In this document: positions 38,901-51,669 of the stretch, piece after piece
Layout of the letters: the number at the start of each line of letters is the position of its first letter
Position numbering within the stretch: the first letter of the stretch is position 1
Origin: Schmidtea polychroa
Lineage: Eukaryota
NCBI GenBank assembly: GCA_044892525.1
Contig: CM097885.1
Location: 238,392,001 to 238,456,000 of the forward strand
DNA length: 64,000 nucleotides
Reading direction: 5' to 3'
Notes under the pieces: model-generated
What the model saw: only the letters and a program-made list of their open reading frames with translations
What the model was told of the DNA's origin: nothing
The model's database searches: none
Program-made: the position numbers and the translations under genes

Positions 38901-41900
38901 GGGGCAGCCAATGAGGGGAATTCGAACCAACCCCACTTCATTATTGCATATTCCGACGATAAAAATAAATTAAATGAGAATATGACCTCCCAGTGCATCT
39001 TTTTCAATGTCAGTGATGAAGGAAGTAGAAATGGACAAATATTATGTAACGTCCAAAATATTGGAGGTTTAAAGTCGATTTTACAAATGATATTTATTTT
39101 AATCAGTTTAATGCAACGACTGCATTCAATCTGTCCATTTTTTTACATTTTGGTTCCACTGATCATCAAGTAATGTTGTGGTTTCTCAATGGGCCTGATT
39201 CCAAACATCTCTCTCTTCAAAAACAAATCTTAACTACGCTCCTGATTATAATTTACGAGTACCGTATATACTCGCGTATAGGCCGAGTAATTTTGAATAT
39301 ATTTTGGTTAATTGCATAATTTAAAATAAATTATGCAATATCCAAAACATCATTTTTAATAGGTCGGCTTATACGCGGGTCATCCATTTTTGAAATTTTA
39401 TTCAACCATATTTGGAAGGGGGGTTCGGCTTATATGCGAGTATATACGGTAATATTATTTTTACTGTAATTTCTAACTTTGTTATTTAATAAATTAATTC
39501 TGGTTTAAAATTTCAGATTCTCGAAACATATGGCGAGGTTATTCATTACTTTTATATTTAATTAATTTCTAATTTCCTTCATTTTGGTGTATATATTTAT
39601 GAATATTAATTCACTAATTATTTTTAGCGAGTAAATTCCTATTAAAATTAATTAATTATATTACATTCATTTCTCGATTTACACGCTTTCACTTTTACGG
39701 GGCCATGAAATGACAATATAGCGTGATTTTGCCTAGAACCTATCTGCGCATAAATAAAGGTACCGGTGTATTCGCTTATTCCATTCCATATAAATAAATA
39801 CAGTTACGTACACATAATTAAAAGCAGATTTCAGTATTTTGTATTTTTTTTATTCTGTTAATTTAAATAATCGAAACTTTTGCTACTTTTTCGGTTTTGT
39901 CAGTGAATATTATGTGCCATGTATGACTTAAAAATTGTTTGCTTATACACTAAAATGCAATAACTAAGGGTCTAAATGACAAAATATAAGAACCTCAATA
40001 ATATTAAAAAATAACCTATAATTAACGTGTGTGTGTGTGTGTAATTAAAAATGGCAATAACACTAAGTTAGAGCCTCATTATAAGGGTTTAAATATGAAA
40101 AAGAAGTTACGAATGTTTCTACATCACTAATTAGTTAATTTATGTTTTTGTTAGAATTTATGCCAAGAAAAATCATCAAAATAATTATTTATAACAATAA
40201 AGATTTAATAACAATAACAATTTAATAACAACCTTCACATATAATTATTTCACCTTAATAATGATTAAATGGATCAGAAATTCTGAAAAATAATTTTAAA
40301 AATTCTTATTAAATCATGTTAATTGATGACCCGTAAATAGACTCGTAAAAATATCAATAAAAATTAAATTTTTAATTAAAGACAAAAATGCAAATTAACT
40401 CAAATTTAATTTGCCTAAAACTGCAGTAACTCAATCATTTTGTCGTACAATCGCATTTGAAATGATCTATGAAAGAAAATTCTCAAATAAGCATCTTTCT
40501 ACCTTCATCATTTTATCTTTTTATCTCTTTTATTTTCAGCTTCAATTTGTTGTCGCTTTCAACATTTTGGGTATAAATCCCCTTGAACAGAAAAACAAAA
40601 TTATATTTGTGTATAACAGACTGATGATCATATTTATTTGTATCATTAAGACCGACATAACTAGCCCATTCATCAGTGTATATAATAGATTCTTCACGAA
40701 TTACTTATACTATTATTGGTATTAATGTACCGACGATTACCAATGCCCAATTTGTCTCTCTCGGCCCTCTTTCCGATGACTTTTAACTTTTAAATTCAGC
40801 ATAACCTCGTCACACTGAACTATTGTGCCAGGATGACCTAGTCTTATGGGGAATTGAGAATATGATGTCCCAAAATCAGCAAATTCAATCAGAAAAATTT
40901 TAACGGATTACGGAGAAAAAAATCGTCATCAAGTACGTGGAGAAATTTCAAATCATGGCAAAAATGGAAGCAAGTTAAGCCTCACATTAGATTAATGGAT
41001 ATCCATTAAAAACCGTCGTTACATGAATATAAATGTCCATGTTGAAAAACTATTTTGGAATTTAGGCTTAACGCGGTTGCTAGGATCGATACCTGCAGAA
41101 AAATGTGTAGAAACTCTGGAAAAAAAATTCAAGAATTTGGATTAAATTTTAATAGCGTCGTAGCAATAACTACAGATGGGGCAGCAGTAATGAAGAAGGT
41201 TTGTGTAGTTTTAAATGCACATCGTCAGCTATGTTATGCGCATGAAATCCAGCTCGCGGTGGTTAAAGTTTTATATAAAAGAAAAAATGAAATAATTGAA
41301 TTAGAAGAAGAATCAAGTAGTTCCAAAGAAGATACCGAAGATTATTATGATGAAGATGATGATCTTAATGAAAATTTGAATATAGTAGTAACGGATGATC
41401 CAATAGTTAAATGTGATATCTCACATGAAGAATTGTTTCTTATTATAAACAAAATACGAAGAGTAGTGAAAATATTTCGAAAGTCACCTACTAAAAATGA
41501 TGACATTCTTCAAAAGCATGTCATCAATGAATTTGGATCTGAAATTTCTTTAATATTGGATAGTAAAACCCGATTAGCTATGTTGGAACGTTTCTTCAAA
41601 TTAAAATCCGCTGTGAGGAAAAGTTTAATAGACTTGAATGTTGATATCAATTTTTCAGAAAATGAATTAAACATGGTTAATGAAATGATAAATGCATTGG
41701 AACCAATAAAATTGGCAGTTGAATCTCTAGGCTCCTCAGATTTTACATTATTAAGTGCTGATGTAACACTCAAATTTATGCTTGATGAATTATATGAACA
41801 GAATACTGTTCTAAGCAGAGAACTTCAACGTGAATTAATCATTCGAATCGAAGAACGTAGAACAAATTACTCCGATGTGCTTCAGTTCTTACAAAATCCT

Positions 41901-43748
41901 TTAGAATATGAAATATCAAAGGATATAACAAATTATGGATTATTTAATAAACTAAATAAAAACGCAATAATCAATACTATTGTTTCAATTAATGAGCGCT
42001 TGGTAATAAATATTGATATAAATAACGAAACAGAAACTGAATCACCTGAAGATGAGACAATAAATTTGTCCGTAACCATACCACAACAGTTGACAATGAA
42101 AGAACGGTTAAAATCGCCATTCAAAAGAAAAATGAAGTTAATTTTGACGCTTTGGCTACTTCACCAATTAAAAACAAAAAAATAGAGAATATCATCAAAA
42201 AAGAAATGAATTCTATTGCGGAGGAAAAACGCCTTGGAACATATTTGGAATTAGCACAAAAATATTTGCTTACAATAAAACCAACGAGTGTGGAGTCAGA
42301 AAGAGCCTTTTCTGCTGCAGGAAAATTGTGTACGAAGATTAGATCAAATCTTCATGATCAAACAATAGATACAATTTGTTTTTTACGGGGATATTTTAGT
42401 AAGCCGAAACATTTATTTAGTACTTGATCATATCATATGTAAAAATATTTTTTACTCTTTGTTTAATGAATTGTGATTGTAATATTTTTTATTTTATAAT
42501 AATATGTAATAACAATGAGTTCTAACAAATTTGTGTGTGTCATCTTGTGAATATAAGGTGACCTGTGACTCAATCGTACTTATTGTTAAAATAATATTTA
42601 GTCGGAAATATTTTATCAGTATATGCTATTATCTCAATCAGTGTAAAGTTATAAGCATTTTGATCTAAATTTCAATTTATATTGTTGGGCTGTCTATAAA
42701 ATGTAAATTTTACAATTATTGATTTAACTTCCAGCGTGTTTTATCTGGTAGAAACAACTACCAATTCTAGACAATAAAACCATTATTGATTAGCACAAAT
42801 GATTGTACATTTATCACGACACCAAATATTCAGCATCGAAACAATTGCTGTCGTGCGCTTATTACAACACTTCATTGGAAACAGCACTTTTTAATAATAC
42901 TTTCCGATTCACGACTACTAAATTACTGTGCATCAAAACTCTTTATTATTAATTTGATTTGCATTACTTGTATCAATTTAGTAGACAAGTCTTTTTTCTT
43001 TCATTACTGTTCGTTTTAGTTTATCCTTAATTCTAATTCTCAACTTCCAGGTTTCGCATTCTTATTTTCAGTTTGAGTGGCACTTGAAAAAGTTTATCAA
43101 ATTTTGCCTCTAAACAATATACAGGTAATTCCTCTGTTATCTCAGACAACAATCGGAATATAAAATCCCATTTTATTCTGCCCTATTCTTGTCGAGATAT
43201 AAAAATTTAATTTAGATTTAGTTTTTCCTCCTTCGAATTGCATTTTTTTAATTAAGAACGACATTGTCGTATTTCATTGTTTAATTTGTCGATTTTTTGC
43301 CATTTCTTTTGCTTCTGCTTCTAAGAATTCTGTAGCAGCATACTCTATATTTTCTACTTAACCCTTAACCCTTATTAAATATAAATTATAATTTTGTATC
43401 TATAATATCACTCTATTATCGGTATTTACAAGCTTATTTTCAAGTTCTTTCAAAATAATATAATTAATACTCTTTAGTTTCACCATAATGTTCTAATGTC
43501 AATTCCATTGCACAATGCTAGAGTTTCAATTAGAAAATCAATGAAAGATAATTATATTGGTAAAAGTTTTTTATTAAAAGTAAATAAATTCTCAATTAAT
43601 ATTAATAGAGGAAGACGACCCTGACAGTGGAGATGATGATAATATAATACCTACGAGAGTCATGCTGAAAAAACAAGCACATTCTTTTGTAGACGCTAAG
43701 ATCAAAAAGAAAAATCCCAAAAAAAAGAAAAAAACAAAAGAAAAATAG
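27568..43748 (+). CDS. ODAD3: Outer dynein arm docking complex subunit 3 (CCDC151). Exons approx. 27568-27646, 27694-27815, 27860-27937, 27980-28264, 28313-28561, 32611-32912, ~32957-33259, 43478-43559, 43609-43748
   Basis: Spliced translation LLESDRKAY...MRDLENRLDKATLKCSEAQQINKIYIQIKYKL...DRKRREKEL...NEKMERR...IPLHNARV...DSGDDDNIIPTRVMLKKQ follows CCDC151 motifs in order; GT-AG introns with compatible phases. Confidence 0.85.
29012..29856. repeat. ~180-bp inverted repeat pair (29012-29190 / 29678-29856) with (TA)n tracts; 29430-29856 also has a diverged direct copy at ~31128-31550
   Basis: acccactttcaagtttaatgtcatgaaatatgtcaagatc mirrored at 29817-29856; ttgttataatttacgttcttg at ~29443 and 31141. 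Confidence 0.8.
29960..31135 (-). pseudogene. Degraded protein-primed family B DNA polymerase (Maverick/Polinton type)
   Basis: Minus-strand motifs GYVLEVD, DLPIAPE, KLKNNSLYGKTVEN, LDTSNYP, IGKVKDE, LRPKCYSL, broken by stops and frameshifts. Confidence 0.8.
31671..31970 (+). pseudogene. hAT transposase C-terminal dimerisation fragment (GTF2IRD2/SPIN-like)
   Basis: YPNLR...ASLFTSTDICEQTF...KLNKSIHRNQL.DDNL. Confidence 0.75.
33447..33653 (+). mobile_element. Non-autonomous Helitron (~207 bp)
   Basis: 5' A|TC start (tctctctatatata); 3' hairpin gggcggagccc followed by CTAG|T. Confidence 0.65.
34717..35430 (-). mobile_element. hAT deletion derivative (714 bp)
   Basis: TIRs caggcttgtctaacc / ggttggacaaacctg; perfect 8-bp TSD GTTTATAC; remnant SLFGSTYIC motif on the minus strand. 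Confidence 0.9.
35600..36160 (-). pseudogene. pogo/Tigger-family DDE transposase remnant
   Basis: ILLVFDSTRSH and GGLTGILQSADVFWFKSIK resemble the pogo LILD..H and GGCTS.LQPLDV...KPFK motifs. Confidence 0.7.
37227..37843. mobile_element. MITE with repetitive subterminal inverted arrays (Mutator/foldback type)
   Basis: atcgacttctag / ctagaagtcgat near the ends; aaacatcga repeats on the left and tcgatgttt repeats on the right. Confidence 0.65.
39262..39449. mobile_element. pogo/Tigger-type MITE (188 bp)
   Basis: TA|ccgtatatactcgcgtataggccga ... tcggcttatatgcgagtatatacgg|TA. Confidence 0.9.
39759..40870 (-). mobile_element. Truncated Merlin (IS1595/ISXO2-like) element; transposase remnant at ~40420-40870
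   Basis: LGHPGTIVQCDE, IIYTDEWASY, HQSVIHKYNFV and TQNVES on the minus strand; candidate GGTAC terminus at 39759. Confidence 0.75.
40880..42427 (+). pseudogene. hAT (ZBED/Ac-like) transposase, frameshifted
   Basis: ITTDGAAVM, CYAH.IQLAV, LILDSKTR and PTSVESERAFSAAG...R.NL across ORFs 41055-42185 and 42152-42427. Confidence 0.9.
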
Positions 43749-44396
43749 CAAATTGAACATTTAATTTAATTACATATATCTATATAATGTATGCTTAAAT
43801 ATGCATCTTTCAAATAATGTCTTTATATGTATTTTTATAATACCTACAAAAATAAGGATTACATATTTATGAGGTTTTTACAGTTTATTGATTATTTTAT
43901 AGTAATTATTTTACGTTTTTATGAATTTTATCACATAGTAATTCTTAATTTTAAATTTTAACGGTTTACTCTGATTAACTTATGTAATTAGTGCTGGATT
44001 ATCAAATAGGCTAGGTAGCCATCGGCCTATCGACTACCAAGTAATGGTTTTACAAATAATATTAAGTTGATACTAATTGAAAGAAAATGCAAATAGGTTG
44101 TGAAAAATATAGATAAGAATATTTGCAATTAAACTATCTTTTTGTATATAATTTTTTTTTTAATTTTAAAATAAGCAAAAACTATCCATTATAAACATTT
44201 TAATTGAAAATTCAAACTCTAGTTATAATTAATCTTAAATGTAAATAATATTTAATTAAGTTTATAGAAATATGTTTGTTTAAAAAAGTCAACTAGTTTC
44301 ATAATATTATTAAAAGTTATTAAATATATAATAAAAATTTCTAATTGACAAGTAAGTTACTTAAAAATATACTTTGATTTACAAATATTGTGAAGT

Positions 44397-46383
44397 ATGA
44401 GACATAGATCAAGATCGAGAAACTATGATAGTGGTGACAACTACAAAAGTAGGCGCTCTCCTGCTAAATATGAATCATCTAGAACACATAAAAGTAAAAT
44501 TACAATTCCTCATTATTCTTCAGATAGTCGTAAGCATAGTTCTAGAAAACCTAAAAAATCAAGTGACGTTAGTTTAACGTTAAATTATATAGTATTAAAT
44601 TTTTGTAGAGATCTCATTATGAAATTCGACGAGACAGAGATTCTGATTCAGATGGTAAATTAATTAAATAAAATAATTTTTTTTATTATTTTAGATAAAT
44701 ATGATAAGAAAATGGATAGCAGCTATGATAGAGATTGCAAAAAAGCCAAATATTCTAAATATAGTCGTGGTGATAGCCCTATTGTTAAAACTTCTCGAAA
44801 GTATGATGATTATACTCATTCTTATAGACGGAAGAGTGTTTCTAGTGATATTAGTAATCATAGTTACGATTGTAAATATAAAAAATATGATGACAAAACC
44901 GATTCCAAAAAGTCATATTATAAATCAAACAAGGAATCAAAACGAGCTAAACCGTCGAGAAGTATTTCATCTGATCAAGTTAGTGAGATAAAAATCAAAG
45001 AGAAAGTTAAAGATAAAAAATTAAAAAAGAAATCTAAAAAAAGCTCGAAAGACAAAGAGAAAAAGAAACGAAAGCGACAAAAACACAGTTCAGAGGAGGA
45101 AATTAAAGAGAATAGCAACAAAAAGCATTCAGATGAGAAACAAGCTGCAGATAAATCGACAAAAAATTCCAATGAATCTGAATCGAAAAAAGAAAAATTG
45201 AAACTGGAACCATTTAAAGTAAAAGAAAGTTCGAGTTTGAAGAGTCAAATCACGTTTCTAAATTCTTCGAGCATATTCACAAAAGATGAATGGCAAAAAG
45301 AATCGTCTGATGATGATATACACAAGAAACCAGATAAAGACCAACCAGAGGTAAAGAAGATTAAAATTGAAAAATCAGAGCCAGACGTCAAGCTCGAAAA
45401 ATCGGACATCAGTGAAGAGGTTGATAAAGAAATCCCAGTTAAAAATCCCAAATCCGATGATGGAAAAGATCAGGACCGCGAACGGGCAAAAAAGAAAAGC
45501 CACCGAAGCTCCCAATCAAAAGTGCATGAATCCAATAGTAAAAGCTCAAAGAATGCAAACGTTGACGAAGAGAAATCAACAACGAAACCCAAATCAACAA
45601 ATTCATGCCGGAAAGAGCGATCATATTCATGCAATGCATCGGGAGAAACTGGGAAATTGCCGGAATCGAAGGAAAAGGTCAAATCAAAAGACAGCAATAA
45701 AACGACAGGTAAAAGTAGCGACGACAAAAGGAAAGTTGAGGATTCGTTCGAAGACGAGCGTATCGAGTTGCCTAGAACCCCAACAGATGCACAATATACG
45801 GGCTTATTTGCTCGATTACACGAGGAACCGGTATCAGACACAGAGATCGAGGCAATCCTACCGCCTATCCTACTTGATGATAGGATGAAAGCACTGTTGG
45901 TCAGTGATCCGAATGTCACCCAGGAGGCCTGGGATTCTGAGGACGATGTACTGCTGAACAAGCGGGACACCATTATCGCCCCCAAACATCGAGGCGTCCT
46001 GGAAATATTGTCAGTTCCTTGGAAAACCCTCATTGAAGAGGCGTCATTGAATAAAAACAAACAAGTAAACCGTTCGATTGGAATTGATTGATTTATTGGA
46101 ACATATCTAGGATATAAATAAAGGATTGCGTAAATTCGACGTTTCCAACCTATTGGACAATATTGGCATTAGTAAACAATTGAGCGGTGAGGCGTTATGG
46201 AATCGCGTTCAAGATCGTTGTCCTAGTGCCCTGCTTCATCCGATTGCTCCAATTCACCAGACACTCATCTCGCGAAAAATGCGCAGAAATTCCATTTTTT
46301 GTGAGCGTGGGATGTTTGCGGGGGCTTTGTCTGCCAGGAAGGATCTTTTGATTCGGAGGGTCCTTTGTGAGTCCATGGTTTAG
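44397..46383 (+). CDS. ZC3H13: ZC3H13/Flacc-like m6A writer complex subunit. Exons 44397-44567, 44609-44654, 44695-46064, 46111-46383
   Basis: Long R/S/K-rich region followed by EPVSDTEIEAIL, LSVPWKTLI and IGISKQLSGEALW.RV..C...H.....H....RK..R.S....G....ALSARKDLLIRR, matching the conserved ZC3H13 C-terminus; 40-46 bp introns in phase. Confidence 0.75.
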
Positions 46384-47267
46384 TTCTACCGGTTTCGATT
46401 ATCATTTTCACTTTTGTACACCTCCAACATATTGTTCATTTGTTTTCATTAAAATCATCAATTTCACATTTATATGAAGCCAACTATGGCTCAATAATCA
46501 CACTAAATGCTCAATTACAATGGTTGTTGTTCTCGTATAACTGTATTCCCATTTGTTGTGTTTCATGGTGTTGACCAGTCATCATATTATAGTATAATTT
46601 TGTACATTCTACAACAAATTGGTAGCTAAAGCCTTTCAGTTGCTACTAATAATTACATGGGATAGATTGGTACTTTTAAAATGCAACCAATTTATACAGT
46701 GACTTTGATTTTTACCAGCATTTATGCGGTCACCACACAACAAAAAAATTAATAATTTGGTATTCATAACATTCATTATTAAACAATTAACTTACTTTAT
46801 TCACAGTCCTTGATTTTTATTATTTTATTGAGACATTTGTTGGAGATTATTAATTTTTGGAATATCGGTCTCGTAAATTTGCGTCCTATAACTCTGTAAA
46901 AGTGAGAACATTTTTGTGAAGAAATTTTTGCCCGCCTACTGAAGAAAATAGTGAAATAAACTTCTAACTTTATTCAATACAGAAACAACGACAATAATCA
47001 TTTTGGACTAGGAAGGAAGGGCCAGCAAAGAAGTTCTGTTTATTTGTATTATTGGTAATTTTTAGATTGACCCAAAATGTGGATTTTGTTTGGATATCCA
47101 AAATTTGGGAGACGTCGAAGTCTTAAGGAAATCATTATTTGTCCGGATGTTATGACTGTTATAGGATTTCCGTTTGGTTGTAGCCAATAATTTTAATATA
47201 TCAGTTGATTGAGAGATTGAGTCGCTACAGGAACATCTCCAGGAAGAATTTTGTTGATAATACATAA

Positions 47268-47681
47268 GGGAGCATCCATTAAGGACGTCCCCTAAGAGGG
47301 AAAGGAGGGGGTCCAAGTGCTTAGCACATCCTCAGGCTAAACCTAATACCTACCCAATCACCATGGGAGGACGAGTAAACATTAGACTGAAATAATTTAG
47401 GCTACTAATTAAAAGACATGCTTGTATTAGCTTTATTAATTTTGTTTTAAAAAATGGATTCTCTTTTTAAATTTGGACAATTTTTACTAAAGCCTAAACA
47501 ATATTATCTATTACCAGCAACAAAATAATCTGCCTAATATTATAATTTTATGTTCAAAATTTCGTCTGAAAATAAGGGAGTTCTACTTTCGGAGGGATGC
47601 ACCGGGGGTCACCAGAAAAGGGACAAAGGGAGGGGGGTCAAAAAGTGCTTATTCTTGGGGACGTCCTTAATGGATGCTCCC
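47268..47681. mobile_element. PIF/Harbinger (Tourist-like) MITE, 414 bp
   Basis: Perfect 25-bp TIR gggagcatccattaaggacgtcccc; 3-bp TSD TAA. Confidence 0.92.
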
Positions 47682-48999
47682 TAACTAGTCTAGAAAATAT
47701 AGTATCGAGGTTTGATCGATTAATAGGCTTGGAAAAATTAATTGTGATTTTTTTGTAAATTCATTTGTAATTTTTTACCTAGTCATGAACTTAGCGTGGC
47801 CCTTTCTCGAATATCGAGCAATGCGCACTTTAAATAGAGTAAAATTGGAACATCAGTTAAATCTAGAAGCCAGGTTAAACATTCTCGACAAATAGCGTTT
47901 TTATCAAATTAGTCCGTGTTTTTGAGATCTTGGAGCTTTCGTACTTTTCGTGTGAAATTGTGGATTATCTCTACTTTACCAGAAAGATTTCAGTCGTCGA
48001 AAAATTGATTCAAGTATGGTAGGCTTATCTGTTCAAGAGCACCACTGAAATGAAGATCTGTCATTCATTGATCATCCTCTTTAATCACTACATTCTAGCT
48101 CTCTTTCATTTCACTCTGTACCTTCTGGGTGCTCACCTGATAGAATAATCTGGTTACCACTGACACAAGTGCCAGCAATCCCCAAACGTTCTCCCGAGCA
48201 GGTCCCGCCATATAAATCAATACTATAACAATAATAATAAAAATTTTAGAAAATACAAATGCGGGTTCAATCAAAAGTTCCATTTTCGGACCCATGGATT
48301 TCATCTCTCGGTTTCCTCGACTTCCACTACACTTGCAAATCTTCCCTCCTCAATCAATCTTACTCTAGATAATTACTCCTTGACTACTAACGTCCTCAGC
48401 TCGATTTTATTCTTTGTGCATGACTTAGGTTATTTTGTGCCTACGCTGGCAAGCTAACCTCCGTGCTCGCCTATCCATTGCCTGTGTCTTCATCCTCTCC
48501 TTCAATTCTTATCTCCAATCTTTATTAAGACCTATTTCTCCTACTACTCGTCATATTTCCACTATTGGTCTGACTTTCTGTTCCATCGTCCCTAGCTTCT
48601 CATGTCGATGGCTCCTCGCTATTTATGGTGTAAAATACATTGATTTCCATTAATTGCTGATCCTCACCAACTACTTCTGGAAGGTTTGCTCTCCGTATCG
48701 ACTATTCGATTTGATTCCCATTAAATCCCTCATTCGTATTGGTTGTCCGAATTCGCACTCGATGTCATACCTCAATGGCCGTTGATGCATATTATTAAAA
48801 TAATTAACAACTAATGTGAAGAGAAAAAGAAACATCTCATAAATAATATTTTAACTTATAATAAAATTACAAATGATAATTATAAATGGTACATAGATAC
48901 GAATCAAAATTAACGTTGGTTTTTCCTTTCTTATCAAGATGATTTCCAAATATATAAAAATCGAATACGATGCTATGGACTGGTTATACTGAATAGGAC

Positions 49000-49570
49000 T
49001 GTTGGCACTAAAATTCGTCCTGAAATTGAAATTTTAGAATTGAGAATTTACTATTACTGTTTACCTGAAATTGAAAGTTTAGAATTTTCGTCCAATCAGG
49101 ATCCGGTTATGTTGTAAAATACTATTTTTTTCTATTTTATTTCTTTTGACTATTTTCCTGCGGATATTTATTTATTTTATTTTTGAATCTACTTGCTAAT
49201 TTAGTTATTTTTATTTTTCTTTTGTCGGATCCTGTTGGTCATTCTGTTTGTAACTTTATATTTTATTTATTTTTAATTTAGAGTTTTTTGTTGATTTTTT
49301 CTTTTTATTGTTAATATTTTGTCTTATTTTTCTTAACTATTTTGTTTTGTTTATCTGCTGTGGTTATGTATCTTGTTCGTTTGGGAATTATTTTCTTGTT
49401 TTATATTTGCTAGGTGATTTTATCTAATTTTATTTTATATTAATTTTTACTCCTTTTCTTATTCTTTATTTTCCTTATTGCTTGACCGATTACCTCAATT
49501 TAATATTAAATTATTTTTTATTTAATTGTTTTATGAAAACTTCAAATTATTCACGTATTTTGGCCCAACA
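49000..49570 (-). mobile_element. Candidate 3' LTR (571 bp) of a minus-strand LTR element
   Basis: TGTTGG...CCAACA ends; on the minus strand preceded by a weak PPT-like ggagtgatt; no matching TSD, so not a solo LTR; partner LTR not seen. Confidence 0.55.
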
Positions 49571-49810
49571 AATCACTCCGGGGCCCGTTAAAATTGCACC
49601 CGCAATTTACTTACAACACTATTCTTATACTTTCTACCATTTTATAACTAAATATAAAACAATTTTTATTATCAGATAAAGGACAAATTAAGATAAGCAG
49701 GTGCCACTTAAGGTGACTAGGTTTATATACAGATAATTCAATTTTTATCAGTTTCAAGTACTATTCGTGTCACCTAAACAAATTGGCTAAAATGTTGTTC
49801 ATTCAGATTT

Positions 49811-50412
49811 TTATTGATTTTCGTAAGTGTTTCTGAGATTTTGGTTTGGGTGAGTTGGCATTGTTGTTGAAGTGGCGAGCTGAATTGTAACAGGGGTATT
49901 GTTGGTTGATTGATTTGGTTGAGATTGGCTGTATTGAGGAGTCTGGTTTAATCGCACTGTTTTCTTTTCTGGGAGTATTTTTCCCTCTACGTTACAACAG
50001 GTTGGTGATTTTTCTGCCACGCCTGGTATAATTCATATGATTTCCAGGTTACTAATACACAGATGATGAGGGTTTCGATGATTGTGGTGTAGAGTATAAT
50101 ATGGCTTTCTTTCATTTCTTTTTTCTGGGTAGCCTCTTTTTGTGATTGTTGAGTGGCTTGTAGTTGCTCTATTCTCTGGGTTTGGAACATGAGCTGTGCT
50201 TGAATTTTCTGCCAGACGGGTTTTTTCCAGCATTGCTTCTGAACATTTTTGTAGTAATTTCTTACGTTTTTCATGTTGGTTAGTTGATTATGATTGGGAG
50301 GATGGTTTGCTGGGGTCTTCAGGATTTTATGGGGCAGGTGCTTCATAAGTAACTCGTTTGCCATCGATATTATTATTATGAAGATTGCTCCGTGCCACAT
50401 ACTGTTATACAC
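49811..50412 (-). pseudogene. Frameshifted intronless gene for a probable single-pass membrane protein
   Basis: Overlapping ORFs 49987-50412, 50033-50233 and 49811-50020; hydrophobic IILYTTIIETLIICVLVTW segment; T/Q/P-rich flanks. Confidence 0.45.
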
Positions 50413-50453
50413 ACATTTTATTTACAATTTATTTACATCGGGTTCCTTTATCT

Positions 50454-51140
50454 TTAGTTATTGGAGGGTTCTTTTTTATGGGTCTTCTCGGACAACCTCA
50501 TTAATTTGGCTTCCACCTTTATTACCCTTTTCCTCAATTCGGGCATCGCTCTCAATTGTCTATCCTTTTCATTTATCTGCTTCCTTAGGTCTTCAATTTT
50601 TTCCTTCAACGTTTTTATTTCTTGCTTGGCTTTGATTAGATTTTTCTCATTCATTATTTGTAGGAAGTCATTCTCTCGTCCTCTCTCTCTTTCGCCCTCC
50701 TTTCTGTCGTCTATTTCCTGGTATTTTTCACCCATCTTTCTCATTATTTTGCATTCTCTTTGTTTCTGGTGTAATTGATGTTGCAATCTTTCCAAGTTCT
50801 CTTGATTTCTCTTTGCTTTGGTTTTTCAATAGTCATTAATTACTTCCTCCGCTTTTGTACAGGTCCTTTCCCGCGATAGTTCTTCCGCGATTTTTTCCCA
50901 ATTTCATCCTCGTTTCCTTTGTTCGTGGAGCCACTGATTTTCCTCTTCTTGTTCCTTCTTCACTTCTTCTAACAACTTTTATTCTCTCTTCAATACCTTT
51001 ACCAACCTTCGGTTGTCTCTCCATCGTTTTATTAATCTTTCGTTTTCTTGTTTTTCTTCTTGTAATTCTTCTTTGATGGTTTTCTTTCTCTCTACCACTT
51101 CTACTTCGATTTCTCCCTCTTCTAGTTCGTTCATTTTCTA
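50454..51140 (-). pseudogene. Disrupted intronless coiled-coil protein gene
   Basis: E/K/R-rich heptad-like frames (MNELEEGEIEVE...; IKAKQEIKTLKEKIEDLRKQINEKDRQL) with stops and frameshifts. Confidence 0.55.
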
Positions 51141-51326
51141 TAATATATACAATGGTTATTATTGCGCTACAGGGTGACTTATACATATACGGTTATTTTC
51201 GGCTTACAGTTCCTGATTTTTACATAGGGTTACAGTCCTTTTACTATTATTGTTATACTATTAATTTTTTTGTTTGGGATACAGTTCCCGAAGTTTTATG
51301 AATTTTATGTTACTACCCGCTTTACT

Positions 51327-51593
51327 TTACACGAATGTTTCGTTACTTTCTACTGATGACTCGAGTTGTATGGCGATGGGGTCGTGTGGCACATAGTACC
51401 TCGGCAGTTGGGCTCTCAATTCGTGTACTTCGTCTCTTAATGCCCTTGAGATATTCCGCTCCTCATCAATGAGATAGGTAAGGTATCTGGCTTCTTCGTC
51501 TCTCACTTCAATTTGTCGTTCTAACTCTTCCACCTTTTCATTGGCCTTCCATTTTTCAACTCTCTCCAAATTCTTTATACTTTCATTATTCAT
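51327..51593 (-). CDS. Coiled-coil protein fragment (88 aa)
   Basis: KVEELERQIEVRDEEARYL...RALRDEVHELRAQL. Confidence 0.45.
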   Translation of the reverse strand: MNNESIKNLERVEKWKANEKVEELERQIEVRDEEARYLTYLIDEERNISRALRDEVHELRAQLPRYYVPHDPIAIQLESSVESNETFV

Positions 51594-51669
51594 TTTACGT
51601 TCGTCTTCTAAGTTTTTTTTTCTACCAGTACTACATTCCTTTGCTCGAGCGCTCCTTTATATCCGTTGC

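Noticed and set aside
44701..46060. Alternative-frame and antisense ORFs over the ZC3H13-like exon and over the 50-54 kb cassette (F/L/S-rich plus-strand ORFs)
   Set aside because: Shadow frames of purine-rich coding sequence.
48100..48790. Possible additional LTR fragment
   Set aside because: Composition is LTR-like, but I could not define TG..CA ends, a TSD or a second copy.
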